From positions 19,913,971-19,977,970 of the forward strand of contig CM119268.1 in the NCBI GenBank assembly GCA_051294375.1: 64,000 nucleotides of DNA, given 5' to 3'. The position numbers were made by a program, and so were the translations under genes. Numbering within the stretch: position 1 is the stretch's first letter; every line of letters starts with the position of its first letter. Origin of the DNA: Paraspadella gotoi. Taxonomy: Eukaryota > Animalia > Chaetognatha. Positions 12,338 through 26,200 of the stretch are shown here, in pieces. Below the pieces are notes generated by a model. The model did no database searches and was not told the DNA's origin. It saw only the letters and a program-made list of their open reading frames with translations.

Positions 12338-13277
12338 AATGCTAAAAAACAACGAATTCGAAAGTCTATACATAATGTCTACTTATTCAAATATAATTTT
12401 TATTTTTTTCCTCATCTTAAAAAATTTTAATCTTGAATGAAATTTAAGATTGTTATATTTTTTATATTATTTATATTAATCTGCGCAATTGCCGGATATA
12501 TAGCAGGTATCGCCTACCTGTCACACAAGTTGATGTACATGTGACATTGCCTGCATTATAAGTTATTCTTCCCTTTTATTAAAATGAATTCACGAAAATC
12601 TCGGATGTAAATTTGGGATTTTGTATTGAGAAAAAAATAAATGGCGATATTAAAAGTTTTTAGAAGGAAAGAAATATTAAGAATTTTTCCAAAAACGAAC
12701 GATCGTACAGAGAGAGAGAGACAAAGACAGAGAGAGAGAAAGAAGCTGAACAGACGCTGCAGAGCCGGAACTCGTTTACTCGTCACCTAGTGACAGTGAA
12801 GAAAAAATTGATTAAAAAAATTTTTACATTTTTACAATCATAGGTTGTTAACGATTTTATTTTTATTTGTATTAAAATTAAGATATAGCTTCTGTTTAAA
12901 AAGTTCCTTTGAGTTCCCATTTTTATTATAGATTTAAAAAACATTTTTTTGAATTTCATCTTCAATATTATATACTGCAATATGTAAATTAGATTAAAGC
13001 ATTTCTATATACTAATTTGGATACTAAAATGAGTACTATAATCTCATTTGCATATTGCAGTAAATCATAATGAAGTGGAAATTCAAACAAAAAATACTTA
13101 AATCCAAATGTAATAAGAAAATATCAGAGCTATTTCAAGATGAGAAGCCATATCTAAATTTTTAACTTACTATGATCGCACACTTTTATAAAACTTCATC
13201 GTAATTCATAATAATTTTTATTTTAACAAAAACGGTAAGTCCAGCCAAAACTATAAAACCATAGTAGTTTTTATACA

Positions 13278-13368
13278 AAAAAGCGTGACGCCGACGATGA
13301 CGTCACAAAGAAGCTGACCTGAATCAATATAGAGCCTGAACCGGCTTCGCCGGTAGGCTCGATAAAAA
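13278..13368 (+). repeat. GC-rich hairpin terminus, Helitron/Helentron-like
   Basis: GAGCCT-ga-ACCGGC-ttc-GCCGGT-AGGCTC followed by an A-tract; the upstream gcgtgacg..gacgtcacaaagaag recurs inverted at 20955-20984; duplicate at ~17457-17540. Confidence 0.45.
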
Positions 13369-15028
13369 CAATTTATTTGTTTTTATCAACGAATTGTATA
13401 ATTGTTAAGACATGTTTTAGAGTCTTCACGTACGATCGAACTCTTTTAGACAATGATTTCTGAACTTAAATAATTACCAACTCTTTTGATCTCAGTGATT
13501 ACTATGATGTGTTCTATGTTTAAAAAAAGGTTTGCTATGGTTATCTCATTCCTATTACATAGTATTGTTCAGTTGATTTTCTACGATTTAAAAATACGGT
13601 AAGACATTATTTCTTCAGTGATTATCAATTAACTCATTAACTACCGAATTTCAGATGAAATATGAATGAAATTTTTATGGTACGAAACAACTTTTAAAGA
13701 TCAAATTCCTCCTTTGAACTTTTTCGGCTTTAAATTACTCAAAACTTCTCAGGCAAGACGCCACTTATCTGATACAATTTTTTCCCTTCATTCCTTTTCC
13801 CTGATTCTTTCTCTTCACCTCTGTTCTTCTCTGTGTTTCTAATTTTCCTTCCTCTTTCCTCCCCTACTTTTCACGCCGTCACTTACCTTTTTTCCGACCT
13901 AACCTTTCTCTGCAACTATTTTACTTTCCTATCCTTTTTTTCTCTCCTTCCCTATCTTTTACCCTATTTTCCCCTCTTTTTCTTTCCATATTTCCCCTCT
14001 TTTTTCCCGATTTTCCTTTATATCCCTATTTTTTTCCCTTTTCCTTCTTATTTTGCATTTCCCCCTTCTTTCTCATTCTCTCCCCTTCTCCTTTCTTGTT
14101 CTCTCTTTTCACCCCTCCCACTAATTTCTGCCTTTACATTGAACCAAATCAAAGAAATTCTTTAATATGCATTATAAGAAAAGAAATTTACGGTATCACA
14201 TCATTTTATTTCAATTTTGGTTGCCTGGCAGATTTAGTAAATCGACAGATTTGGCGGAAAATTTTCCGCAAAATCTGTCGATTCTAAAGAAAAAAACAAG
14301 TCCTGACGATTTCCATTGGGTTAAAATGATGCGGTTTTTTTTTTTTTGTTTTATTAACGTCAGTATTTACCTCATCTGTTAAAACTATAAAATGAATTTA
14401 AAATCTTATCTTATAAAAAATAAAAGCAAGTCACAAAAAGTCAACAAATTAATTGTCGTCTTTAAAAATTATTTATGGCTAAACGAAAAAAAGTTTTTTT
14501 TACAATTTTGTAGGTATTAAAAGCTCATTCAATAAGCTATATTTTACAAATTATGATAAAAAATTGAAAATGAAACTTTTTGACTTGTCAACTTTAAAAT
14601 TAATTCATAGACAAACTACAAATGATTTACCAAATAAATTTACCCATAGGTGAAGAAGATAAGGAAGAACGGATTTATAAAGAAAAAAAATTTTCTTTAC
14701 TTTCCTTGCATTAAATCAGACGACGAAAGTGAAAATGGACAAAAATGGACATGATTTTTTTTCTTAAATGTTGCGAAAAATGGTACTTTTTTATCATTAG
14801 AAATTGGTCGAGATTATTTTAACCAATCTCTAGTTCGGCCCAATTTGTATTATGGTACAAATTAAATTAATCTTGTAAGTAATAACTGAACAATACTGGA
14901 AAAAGTAGTTTTTTTTTGTGAATGCGAGGATTGTAAGTAGAGGCTCAAACAAAACCAGTTTTAATTATTAAAGCATTTTCTATTAAATGGTGATTTTTTA
15001 ATAATCGATGTTTTGAGAGAAGATGAAT

Positions 15029-18000
15029 AAAGCTTTGTGTGCCGCTTAAACCGATCTGCTAGAGATTTGCCTGTCTCGCCCACGTATGCTGCTGTGCAGG
15101 GTTGGTTGCCCGCGCCGGCACAGGCCGCCCAGTAGACGGCTCCTGATGTTTTCGGTCTGGGGATTTTGTCTTTCGGTTTCACCAAATGCCACGGAGAGAG
15201 CCGCGGGTCGTCACTGAGCTGGAGATCCCTGCTTTGCTAGCACCGCACCAGAGCTTCAGTGATCCCCTGGTGGTAGGGCAGGGAGACATGACCCACGTTC
15301 TTGAGGCGCTTCTGCTTATCTCCCACTTGCGCTGTGGTGGGCGCGGTCGTCCTTCAGCAGCAAGGCCTCGTTCGTCCCCCTGGGGGGCGGAGGTTGAACC
15401 TGCGTTAGCGGCTACTTGGGCAGCCCCTTGGTGGCCACTGCCCTCAGCGAGGTTCAGCCGGAACCTTGCCTTCTCGAATGCCCACAGAGGGTAACCATTG
15501 AGCGCCAGGGCTCTTTGACATGCTCAAGCTCGGCGGCCTGGAGCTCGGGGGTCGACGGAATCAGAATAGCTCTTCTGGTAAGGGATCTGACCGTGGCGAG
15601 CTTGTGCGACAAGGGAGCATGCGAATCGAAGGAATGTATTGATCAGTGTGCGTTGGTTTGCGATAGACAGAAAATTCAAATGAGCCGCCCTCTCTGCGTT
15701 TTACAAGCACATCGAGCATTGGAATTTCGCCATTCACCTCCTTTTCGCATGTCCACTTGATGCTCGCTTTCAATGCTGTTCAGGTGGACAATAGGGTATC
15801 AACGAGATCCCTTCTCACGGCCAGAATAGTATCATCCGCCTCCGATACCAGAAGAGAACTGAATCTGCCCCATGCAGAGATTGAAAAGAAGCCAAGGCTT
15901 CCACCTCATAGTCCTCCATATAAAAATCTGCCAGAGGACTTGAGGTTGATTTGCCCATCCCTAAGCCACCAGGCTGGGCATAGTACGTCCATCGAACCTG
16001 AAGTACGCCAGTTCCAGGTCAGCTAACGAGCTCATTTTGAGCTCTTTCTTTTACTTACTTTCACTAACTCTTTACTTCCTATCCCTAACCACTTATTCTT
16101 CCATTTCAATTTCACTTCATTTTACTAATTTATTTTCATTGTTGTTAATAGTAGTATATTAGTTAATCTTTAAGTTTACTTATTTATTCTTATTTTCTCT
16201 GTTTACATTACTAAATGTATTAATTTCAATTTGTGTCTCTCTCTCTCTCTCTCTCTCTCTTTCATTTTCACAATCTTACTTCTACTTCCCCTGTCCTTAC
16301 TTGAACTGTCCTCACATCTGACCACTTTCTCACTCAATTCTTTGTTGGAATCTCCCTCTCTCTCTGTCTCTCTCCTCTCACCAAACTCAACTTTCACAGA
16401 GACAATTGTTGTGAAAAATCACTTGCTGATGAAGACTCTAACTCTATAAGAGTCGAAACATGTCCGACTTACTTGTCAATAAAATTCGTTGCCACATTAA
16501 AACTGTTTTTCCTAAAATGCTAAAAAACAACGAAATCGAAAGTCTATACATAATGTCTACTTATTCAAATAAATTTATTTCCTCATCTTAAAAAATTTTA
16601 ATCTTGAATGAAATTTAAGATTGTTATATTTTTTATATTATTTATATTAATCTGCGCAATTGCCGGATATATAGCAGGTATCGCGCCTACCTGTCACACA
16701 AGTTGATTGACATGTGACATTGCCTGCCATTATAAGTTATTTTCCCTTTTATTAAAATGAATTCACGAAAATCTCGGATGTAAATTTGGGATTTTGTATT
16801 GAGAAAAAAATAAATGGCGATATTAAAAGTTTTTAGAAGGAAAGAAATATTAAGAATTTTTCCAAAAACGAACGATCGTACAGAGAGAGAGAGACAAAGA
16901 CAGAGAGAGAGAAAGAAGCTGAACAGACGCTGCAGAGCCGGAACTCGTTTACTCGTCACCTAGTGACAGTGAAGAAAAAAATTGATTAAAAAAATTTTTA
17001 CATTTTACAATCATAGGTTGTTAACGATTTTATTTTTATTTGTATTAAAATTAAGATATAGCTTCTGTTTAAAAAGTTCCTTTGAGTTCCCATTTTTATT
17101 ATAGATTTAAAAAAACATTTTTTTGAATTTCATCTTCAATATTATATACTGCAATATGTAAATTAGATTAAAGCATTTCTATATACTAATTTGGATACTA
17201 AAATGAGTACTATAATCTCATTTGCATATTGCAGTAAATCATAATGAAGTGGAAATTCAAACAAAAAATACTTAAATCCAAATGTAATAAGAAAATATCA
17301 GAGCTATTTCAAGATGAGAAGCCATATCTAAATTTTTAACTTACTATGATCGCACACTTTTATAAAACTTCATCGTAATTCATAATAATTTTTATTTTAA
17401 CAAAAACGGTAAGTTCCAGCCAAAACTATAAACCATAGTAGTTTTTATAACAAAAAGCGTGACGCCGACGATGACGTCACAAAGAAGCTGACCTGAATCA
17501 ATATAGAGCCTGAACCGGCTTCGCCGGTAGGCTCGATAAAAACAATTTATTTGTTTTTATCAACGAATTGTATAATTGTTAAGACATGTTTTAGAGTCTT
17601 CACGTACGATCGAACTCTTTTAGACAATGATTTCTGAACTTAATAATTACCAACTCTTTTGATCTCAGTGATTACTATGATGTGTTCTATGTTTAAAAAA
17701 AGGTTTGCTATGGTTATCTCATTCCTATTACATAGTATTGTTCAGTTGATTTTCTACGATTTAAAAATACGGTAAGACATTATTTCTTCAGTGATTATCA
17801 ATCTAATCTCATTAACTACCGAATTTCAGATGAAATATGAATGAATTTTTATGGTACGAACAACTTTTAAAGATCAAATTCCTCCTTTGAACTTTTTCGG
17901 TCTTAAATTACTCAAAACTTCTCAGGCAAGACGCCACATTATCTGATACAATTTTTTCCCTTCATTCCTTTTCCCTGATTCTTTCTCTTCACCTCTGTTC

Positions 18001-19186
18001 TTCTCTGTGTTTCTAATTTTCCTTTCCTCTTTCCTCCCCTACTTTTCACGCCGTCACTTACCTTTTTCCGACCTAACCTTTCTCTGCAACTATTTTACTT
18101 TCCTTATCCTTTTTTCTCTCCTTCCCTATCTTTTACCCTATTTTCCCCTCTTTTTCTTTCCATATTTCCCCTCTTTTTCCCGATTTTCCTTTATATCCCT
18201 ATTTTTTTTCCCTTTTCCTTCTTATTTTGCATTTCCCCCTTCTTTCTCATTCTCTCCCCTTCTCCTTTTCTTGTTCTCTCTTTTCACCCCTCCCACTAAT
18301 TTCTGCCTTTACATTGAACCAAATCAAAGAAATTCTTTAATATGCATTATAAGAAAAGAAATTTACGGTATCACATCATTTTATTTCAATTTTGGTTGCC
18401 TGGCAGATTTAGTAAATCGACAGATTTGGCGGAAAATTTTCCGCAAAATCTGTCGATTCTAAGAAAAAACAAGTCCTGACGATTTCCATTGGGTTAAAAT
18501 GATGCGGTTTTTTTTTTTTGTTTTATTAACGTCAGTATTTACCTCATCTGTTAAAACTATAAAATGAATTTAAAAATCTTATCTTTATAAAAAATAAAAG
18601 CAAGTCACAAAAAGTCACAAATTAATTGTCGTCTTTAAAAATTATTTATGGCTAAACGAAAAAAAGTTTTTTTTACAATTTTGTAGGTATTAAAAGCTCA
18701 TTCAATAAGCTATATTTTACAAATTATGATAAAAATTGAAAATGAAACTTTTTGACTTGTCAACTTTAAAATTAATTCATAGACAAACTACAAATGATTT
18801 AACCAAATAAATTTACCCATAGGTGAAGAAGATAAGGAAGAACGGATTTATAAAGAAAAAAATTTTCTTTACTTTCCTTGGCATTAAAATCAGACGACGA
18901 AAGTGAAAATGGACAAAAATGGACATGATTTTTTTCTTAAATGTTGCGAAAAATGGTACTTTTTTATCATTAGAAATTGGTCGAGATTATTTTAACCAAT
19001 CTCTAGTTCGGCCCAATTTGTATTATGGTACAAATTAAATTAATCTTGTAAGTAATAACTGAACAATACTGGAAAAAGTAGTTTTTTTTTGTGAATGCGA
19101 GGATTGTAAGTAGAGGCTCAAACAAAACCAGTTTTAATTATTAAAGCATTTTCTATTAAATGGTGATTTTTTAATAATCGATGTTT
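15029..19186 (+). repeat. Tandem duplicate of 10795-15016 including PLE-A RT/pLTR, probably an assembly artefact
   Basis: Near-identical with indel-type differences; includes a hammerhead copy at 16426-16464; ends just before an N gap. Confidence 0.8.
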
Positions 19187-20435
19187 TGTATTTTTCCATN
19201 NNNNNNNNNNNNNNNNNNNNNNNNCAAAAAATTTTATAAAAGGGTTATTTTTTAATATTTCTTAGAAAGATTACTTTATAAATTTAGGTAACTCTTTATA
19301 AACAGATTATGTAAGGGTTACACCGTCCTACGTAAATGCGCAGTTTTCAAATCTATATTTAACTTCGAAATTTATTTGCCATTTACTTTTTTATGAATTT
19401 AATAATTTAAGCATTAAGTATTACTTTAAAGATCTTGAGAATCTTGAGAATCCGATCAACCCCGATCTTCGTTTTAAGATCACCTCTATTTGGATCTCCT
19501 TGGTCAGCTCGGGTCTGGCCCAAAAAACCAACATTTTTATTGCTCCTGTTTTTGCCTCTTTAAATTCCGTTACCGGACATACCGTCTCCTTTTATCAAAT
19601 AAGGAAGTTGAAGTTTGGGGTTTACAGATTATGTATTTGCAATACTGAGTATGGATAGAGAGAGAGAGAGAGAGCTTTGGGTGGCAAAACTAAATGGAAG
19701 GTTACGAAGTTCTGATAAAAAGGTTTTTTGTTGGAAAATCCTATGGTATGGATGAGTTAGGTAATTTGAAGTGGGGAAAGTTAAATATAAATGTAAAATT
19801 AGGATATTTGTATCTTTTCTAATGTGATTGTGTTTTTAATGGCCTTTTGGGCCTTTTTTGACTAATTAGTGGGTGGAATAGATCATCATCATTATTATTG
19901 TTTTCATATTTTTTACATCTAGTTAACTTAAGTACTCTTTTTTAAATGTCTGTTTGATTTTTGATGTCGTATTTATTAAAATTTATTTTTAAAAAATTGA
20001 TAAAAAAATTTAACAAATTGAAACAGTTAAAAAAATATTTAATTATACATCCTTTCCCTGATAGGGATACCAAATACTCTGGGAGTTAATAAACTAGATT
20101 GTGAAAGATTCTTGATTAAAAGCTTGCAGGGTCTCGCTATGTTATTTTCTTTTAAGAGGGATTAAGGCCTTAAAGGATTTAAGCCTTCAACCCACCAGAT
20201 GAAAGATAGCTTATTTAATAAATAAATTGATAATTTTTATATCGGTTTTACAAATTTACTATTAATACTTCTTAGCTAATACCTAAAAGTGAAAAGACGA
20301 GAACAACAACCAACTCTAGATTTCTCACGTGTTTATTGTTTAAAACTCGATTCTCGGGACAGCAAAAGTTTCGAACACGTTTCTGAATAAACCTTCGCTC
20401 CTGTATGTATCGTGCTAAGCTAGCGGGTTAAGGAC

Positions 20436-20493
<58 letters not shown>

Positions 20494-20682
20494 TTTTCGT
20501 GTCTCAAACCCAAATAAAAAGATCGACCGCTGTTACTAAATTCTCGAATGTATCGATACAAGAACGGTAAGAAAAACACGTCAAGACAATGTCGCCTTTC
20601 TTTGACATTCTCGCGCTAAACTGGTCTAAGGCTCCTGGACAATTCCAAATTTGAACAAGAGAAAAGAGTCAAATTTTATACG

Positions 20683-20834
20683 ATGACTCCACTGGAAAAT
20701 TTGGGCGTTTTCAAAACCGAACAGCAAAGAAACAACAAGAAAAACATTGAAAAAAAGATTTTTAAACATTTTCTCACTTTGGCTGTGATTTTTTGTCCTT
20801 CTCTCCTGCTCATCGTCATAGTCTCATCTCAGAG
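20683..20834 (+). CDS. Probable first coding exon of a type II Golgi glycosyltransferase (cytoplasmic tail + TM)
   Basis: MTPLENLGVFKTEQQRNNKKNIEKKIFKHFLTLAVIFCPSLLLIVIVSSQ: basic tail then a hydrophobic helix; donor AG|GTGAGC, phase 2. Confidence 0.55.
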
Positions 20835-21395
20835 GTGAGCGAAAATATTTTTTTTTCCGAATCTGAATGATCAACTACAAATGAGAACTCCTCTTATTAA
20901 GTAAAATTTATTCACTCCGAATTTATTATCTTGGCTAGATAATGCAAAGGGGACGCTTCTTTGTGACGTCGTGGTCGTCACGCTGTTTTTAGTCGGATCT
21001 GCTTATCAGCAGATCCCGACTCTATAACTCACTTTGTCGGTCCGCCCCTTCAATATTGTCGGGCACACACTTATATCATGTCAGAACATCGAATTATGAT
21101 AAATTATGCAAAAAAAAACGATGTCCGTCCGTCTGTCCGTCCGTCCGTCCGTCCCACCTTTGTGTGTGGGTAGGAAACTGTGTGATTGAGATGGATATGA
21201 AGTTTCGAGGGAATCGTGCGAGTGGAAATTGGTTTAAATGGAAAAAACAAAAAAATATATTTCACTATTTGAACGCCAATTGCTTATGAGTGGATAGGGC
21301 AATTGACTTGAAATTTTGTATGATGGTAGGGAAGTGTGTGATTGAGCGGTATATAAAGTTTTGATGGATTCGTGCGAGTGGAAATNNNNNNNNNN

Positions 21396-24300
21396 CACCA
21401 AGGCTTCAACCGGATGGGGAGAAGGCTTGAAAGAGTCATTGGATAACTACGTCGTTGTCTTCTTCATCTTCCGGCGGCTGAAGCATCGTCGGAAGAATAT
21501 TCAAAAGACCGGGAATTGAAACGGATTGACGTCGAGTAACGTACGGCATCATGGAAGACGCGAGTGGCGCCGGCTCCATTTCTGGAGGCGGGGGCGAGGG
21601 CGGAGGAGCTGAAGCACGACGAGGACGACCGCGTGGGCGCGCCAGAGGTGGATCCGGAGGCGCGAGCTCGTCAGTGATGGCCGGCTTTAATCGATCGACG
21701 GAAATTATTTCGATGCCGCGGCCCGGAATTTCAATTTTAAAAGTTTTTGGGCCGCGTTCACGGACATCGTAAGGGCCGTCGTAGGGCGGTTGGAGCGGCG
21801 TAGAATGGCCGTCGCGTCTGACATAGACGCGGTCGGCGTCAGCGAGCGTTTCTGGGATNNNNNNNNNNNNNNNNNNNNNNNNNNNNNNNNNNNNNNNNNN
21901 NNNNNNNNNNNNNNNNNNNNNNNNNNNNNNNNNNNNNNNNNNNNNNNNNNNNNNNNNNNNNNNNNNNNNNNNNNNNNNNNNNNNNNNNNNNNNNNNNNNN
22001 NNNNNNNNNNNNNNNNNNNNNNNNNNNNNNNNNNNNNNNNNNNNNNNNNNNNNNNNNNNNNNNNNNNNNNNNNNNNNNNNNNNNNNNNNNNNNNNNNNNN
22101 NNNNNNNNNNNNNNNNNNNNNNNNNNNNNNNNNNNNNNNNNNNNNNNNNNNNNNNNNNNNNNNNNNNNNNNNNNNNNNNNNNNNNNNNNNNNNNNNNNNN
22201 NNNNNNNNNNNNNNNNNNNNNNNNNNNNNNNNNNNNNNNNNNNNNNNNNNNNNNNNNNNNNNNNNNNNNNNNNNNNNNNNNNNNNNNNNNNNNNNNNNNN
22301 NNNNNNNNNNNNNNNNNNNNNNNNNNNNNNNNNNNNNNNNNNNNNNNNNNNNNNNNNNNNNNNNNNNNNNNNNNNNNNNNNNNNNNNNNNNNNNNNNNNN
22401 NNNNNNNNNNNNNNNNNNNNNNNNNNNNNNNNNNNNNNNNNNNNNNNNNNNNNNNNNNNNNNNNNNNNNNNNNNNNNNNNNNNNNNNNNNNNNNNNNNNN
22501 NNNNNNNNNNNNNNNNNNNNNNNNNNNNNNNNNNNNNNNNNNNNNNNNNNNNNNNNNNNNNNNNNNNNNNNNCGCGTAAAGCGGTCGATCATCGTCAAGA
22601 GATGCGTGTGGCCGGAAACAGCTGGTAGCGGCCCGACGAGGTCGATGTGTACGTGCGCGAAACGTTTGGACGGCGGATCGAAATGTTGCAGTGGCGCGCG
22701 GACGTGGCGCTGCGTCTTAGCGCGTTGGCAGGTGTCGCAAGACGCCGCCCACCGTGCAACGTCAGAAGAGACGGAGGGCCATACAAAACGCGTTGTAACG
22801 AGTTTCTTTGATGCACGGATTCCCGGATGAGCGATGCCATGGGTGGCATCAAAAACGCGTCGGCGCCATGACGCCGGAACGAGTGGGCGTGCCCGGGAGC
22901 CGGAGATGTCGCAAATGAGCGTCGTGTTGCTGATTGGGACAGTTTTGAGACGGAGCGCCGTATGGGGGTCCTGGAGGAGTCGCTGGACATCCTCGTCAGT
23001 GGCTTGATCGGCCGCCATTGCCTCAAAGTTAACTTGAAGGACGCCGACGGCGTTAACGGTGGCGGCGAGGTCGTCACGCGCTTTTTGGGCATTCGAGGTT
23101 GGTTCAGGTTGGTCTGCGGGGATTGGCGACGGCGGTGGCGCTGGCGTGGGAGTTGGCGGGCGTGAAAGGGCGTCAGCGACGACGTTAGCCTTTCCAGCGA
23201 TGTGCCGGATATCGCTGGTATATTCGGCGATGCCCGCCAACTGGTAGGTTTGCCTCATGGTGTGAGGCTCTGCCTTCTTCCGCAGCGCTGGGACAAGCGA
23301 TATATGATCGCTGAAAAGCGTGAAACGGCGTCCTTCGACATATGGGCGGAAGTGGCGGATCGAAGTGTGGGCGGCGAGAAGCTCCTTGTCGAAGGGCGGC
23401 CATTTGCGCTGGTTTGGCTTTAAGGGCTTGGAATGGAATCCAAGGGGTTGCCATTGGCCATCGACGAGCTGTTCGAGGACGGCGCCAACGGCGACGTCGG
23501 ACGCATCGACGGTGAGAGCAAGAGGAGCGCCGTCGATCGGATGGACCAGCATGGTCGAGTCGGCGAGGGCGTCTTTGATCGCCTTGAAAGCGGCGTCTTG
23601 TGGCGCCGCCCACTTGAGCGTGCGCGGTTTTCCTCGGAGGACCTCGAGGAGCGGATCGAGATGATGGGCGGCATGGGGAACAAAACGGCGGTAATAATTA
23701 AAGACGCCGAGGAAACGTTGCAGTTCCTTGACTGAAGTGGGCGTTGCCATTTCCCGTAACGCCTCCACTTTGGCCGGGAGTGGGCGAACGCCATCTTTGT
23801 CGACGGTGTAACCCAGAAACTCCAAGCTGGAGGCGCCGAAGACGCACTTGGCACGATTGACAATGAGGCCATTGTCGGCGAGGGCATTGAGGACGCGCTT
23901 GAGATCCTCTTGATGCTCGGCGTGAGAGTGGGATGCTACAAGAAGATCGTCCAAGTAGACGAAGACGTGGGGGATGCCGCTCAGGACTTGATCCATCATG
24001 CGCTGGAAGTCCTGGCCAGCGTTCTTCAAGCCAAAAGGCATGAAAAGAAATTCATAGAGGCCGAACGGCGTGATGATCGCCGTTTTATGGCGATCTTCTT
24101 TCGCGACAGGGATCTGGTGGTACCCTTTACATAGATCGATCTTTGAGAAGACTGTCTTCCCGGCGACATCGGCGTTGAAGTCCATAAGATGGCGGATAGG
24201 GTATCGGTCGTCGACGGTGACGCCGTTGAGACGCCGGTAGTCGCCGCACGGACGGAGAGACCCATCGGGTTTCCGTGTGACGTGGAGCGGCGAAGCCCAA

Positions 24301-24593
24301 GCAGAGGTTGAGCGCCGGATGATTCCGAGTTCTACCATCTTCTGAAACTCGGCTTTGGCAGCAGCAAGTTGATCAGGGGCGAGACGACGAGCGCGGGCAA
24401 AAACGGGCGGTCCTTTCGTCGGGATATGGTGTTCGACGCCGTGCTTGGGGGGCGCCGAGTTGAAGACAAGTTTTGTCAGCTCTGGTCGCTCATCGAGAAG
24501 CGCGGAGTAGGCGTCGCGGACGTGCAAAACGCGGGGCGGCGCAGCGGGGGAGGTGGCGTCGTGGGCATGGCCGGAGATGACCATGTAGTCGTC
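21396..24593 (-). mobile_element. Ty3/Gypsy family A copy 1 (pol: RT, RNase H, integrase; gapped)
   Basis: ORF 21705-24584 with RT motifs DLCKGYHQ/MPFGLKNA/YLDD, RNase H DASD, integrase HHCC; ends fall in gaps. Confidence 0.95.
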
Positions 24594-25123
24594 NNNNNNN
24601 NNNNNNNNNNNNNNNNNNNNNNNNNNNNNNNNNNNNNNNNNNNNNNNNNNNNNNNNNNNNNNNNNNNNNNNNNNNNNNNNNNNNNNNNNNNNNACCGGCT
24701 CTGTCTATGTAATTCAATCCTGTTCTGTCCTTTTCTCTGTGCCAAGATGTCGAATATTAAATCTACAACTGGTGAGCCTCTCCGCGAACTTATCCAACCT
24801 TCTTATTAAATACTTAACTTAATAAGTAATTAAACAAATCAATCTCGGTCTGATACCTATCCTCTGATACTTATCCCGATTTTATCTTCACTGAAACTGA
24901 AACCTTGAGCCTCTAACTCTAAAAACAACATTGTGAAGCCAACAAACAATAATTTTACTATCGGATGTCAATGCCAAGAGGTGGAAGCGTCAAGTGGACC
25001 CAGATTCTCCCTTCAGGTGGGCAAGAGATGAATAATTAAGCTTTGTAAAAGCTTGCCCTCTGTTGATCGTTTCCTTCTCTCTCTCCCATCTCCCCCAACC
25101 TCCCCTCACCCCCGTCCCGGCGA

Positions 25124-26200
25124 ATGAGTGAACCACATCGCGAAACTCGTCAAGGAGCCCGTCTTCGCCGGCTCGCGGACGATTCCTTCTCTCCAGGCCA
25201 CTCCCACCTCAATCTGCCAGGCGGTTTTGGACGCGGCCTGCGCTCTCGCTCCACATCTCCAAACGTTGGAGCAACTGAAAATCAATTCGCCTTCCACCTG
25301 CCTCCTGATACGGCTCCTCACGAGATGGCTGCAGCCCCGGATCCCCAGGAGGCATTGGCCCGCACCATCGCCGACACTCTCGCGGCGTCGTTCAAAAACA
25401 TCAACCTCAAAAAACCAAAGCTTCCCGATTTTGACGCCGACAATGTCGATCTTTGGATCAAAAGGGTAGACGCCGCCTATACCCGCGCCAATATCAGCTC
25501 CCCAAAGGAAAAATTTGCTCATCTGGAAGATAAGTTTAGCGTGGACTTCAATCCACGCATCAATGCTTTCCTCTTTGGCGCGCCAACTCCAGACAGATGG
25601 GAGGACTTTATCAAATACCTCCGAGCAGAATATGGCCGCACAAAATCGCAACAAGCTGCTTCACTTATCGATGGAACACGACGAGAAGGCCGTCGACCAT
25701 CCCAACTCCTCGCCATAATGAAGGAGAAGGCGGGTGAAGTTACAATCGACGACATCCTGAAAGAATGGGCTGTTAAGGGAATGCCGTCGACGTCCAGCGC
25801 AACCTTGCCGAGCGTGTGGAAACACTCGATGCCGAACAGCAGCAAAATTGCCGACTCATACTTCGATAAAGACGGACAACCACTTCATGCTGCAACAGCT
25901 TTTGGCCCCGTCAATGCAGCCATCCCTCCACTCATGCCTGAGTCAACGACCTATGATCCCGAAGCTATCAACGCCATCGGCCACGATCGTCGTCGACAAT
26001 TCCAATCAAACAAGAAAAAACCAAGCTTTGGATGACAGACCTCAGCGTCGTCATCGCACCAACAGCAGCAGCCGCAGCAGAAAACGTCTTCAGTCCAAAT
26101 CTGCTATTTCCACAAGAAATTTGGCGACTCTGCTCGCCACTGCGAAGCAGGCTGTTTCCGTCAACAGGCGGAAAACGGGAGGGCCGGACCGCGGAAGTGA
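25124..26200 (+). CDS. gag: Gypsy B gag (frameshifted in this assembly)
   Basis: KLPDFDADNVDLW capsid motif; C-terminal CYFHKKFGDSARHCEAGC knuckle in another frame, stop TGA 26198-26200. Confidence 0.85.

Noticed and set aside
13780-14125. Phe/Pro/Leu/Ser-rich ORFs (also 18007-18462)
   Set aside because: Low-complexity polypyrimidine tract, not credible coding sequence
3320-19186. Two multi-kb tandem duplications as real segmental duplications
   Set aside because: Differences are mostly 1-nt indels and the copies abut N gaps, consistent with gap-filling or haplotype artefacts
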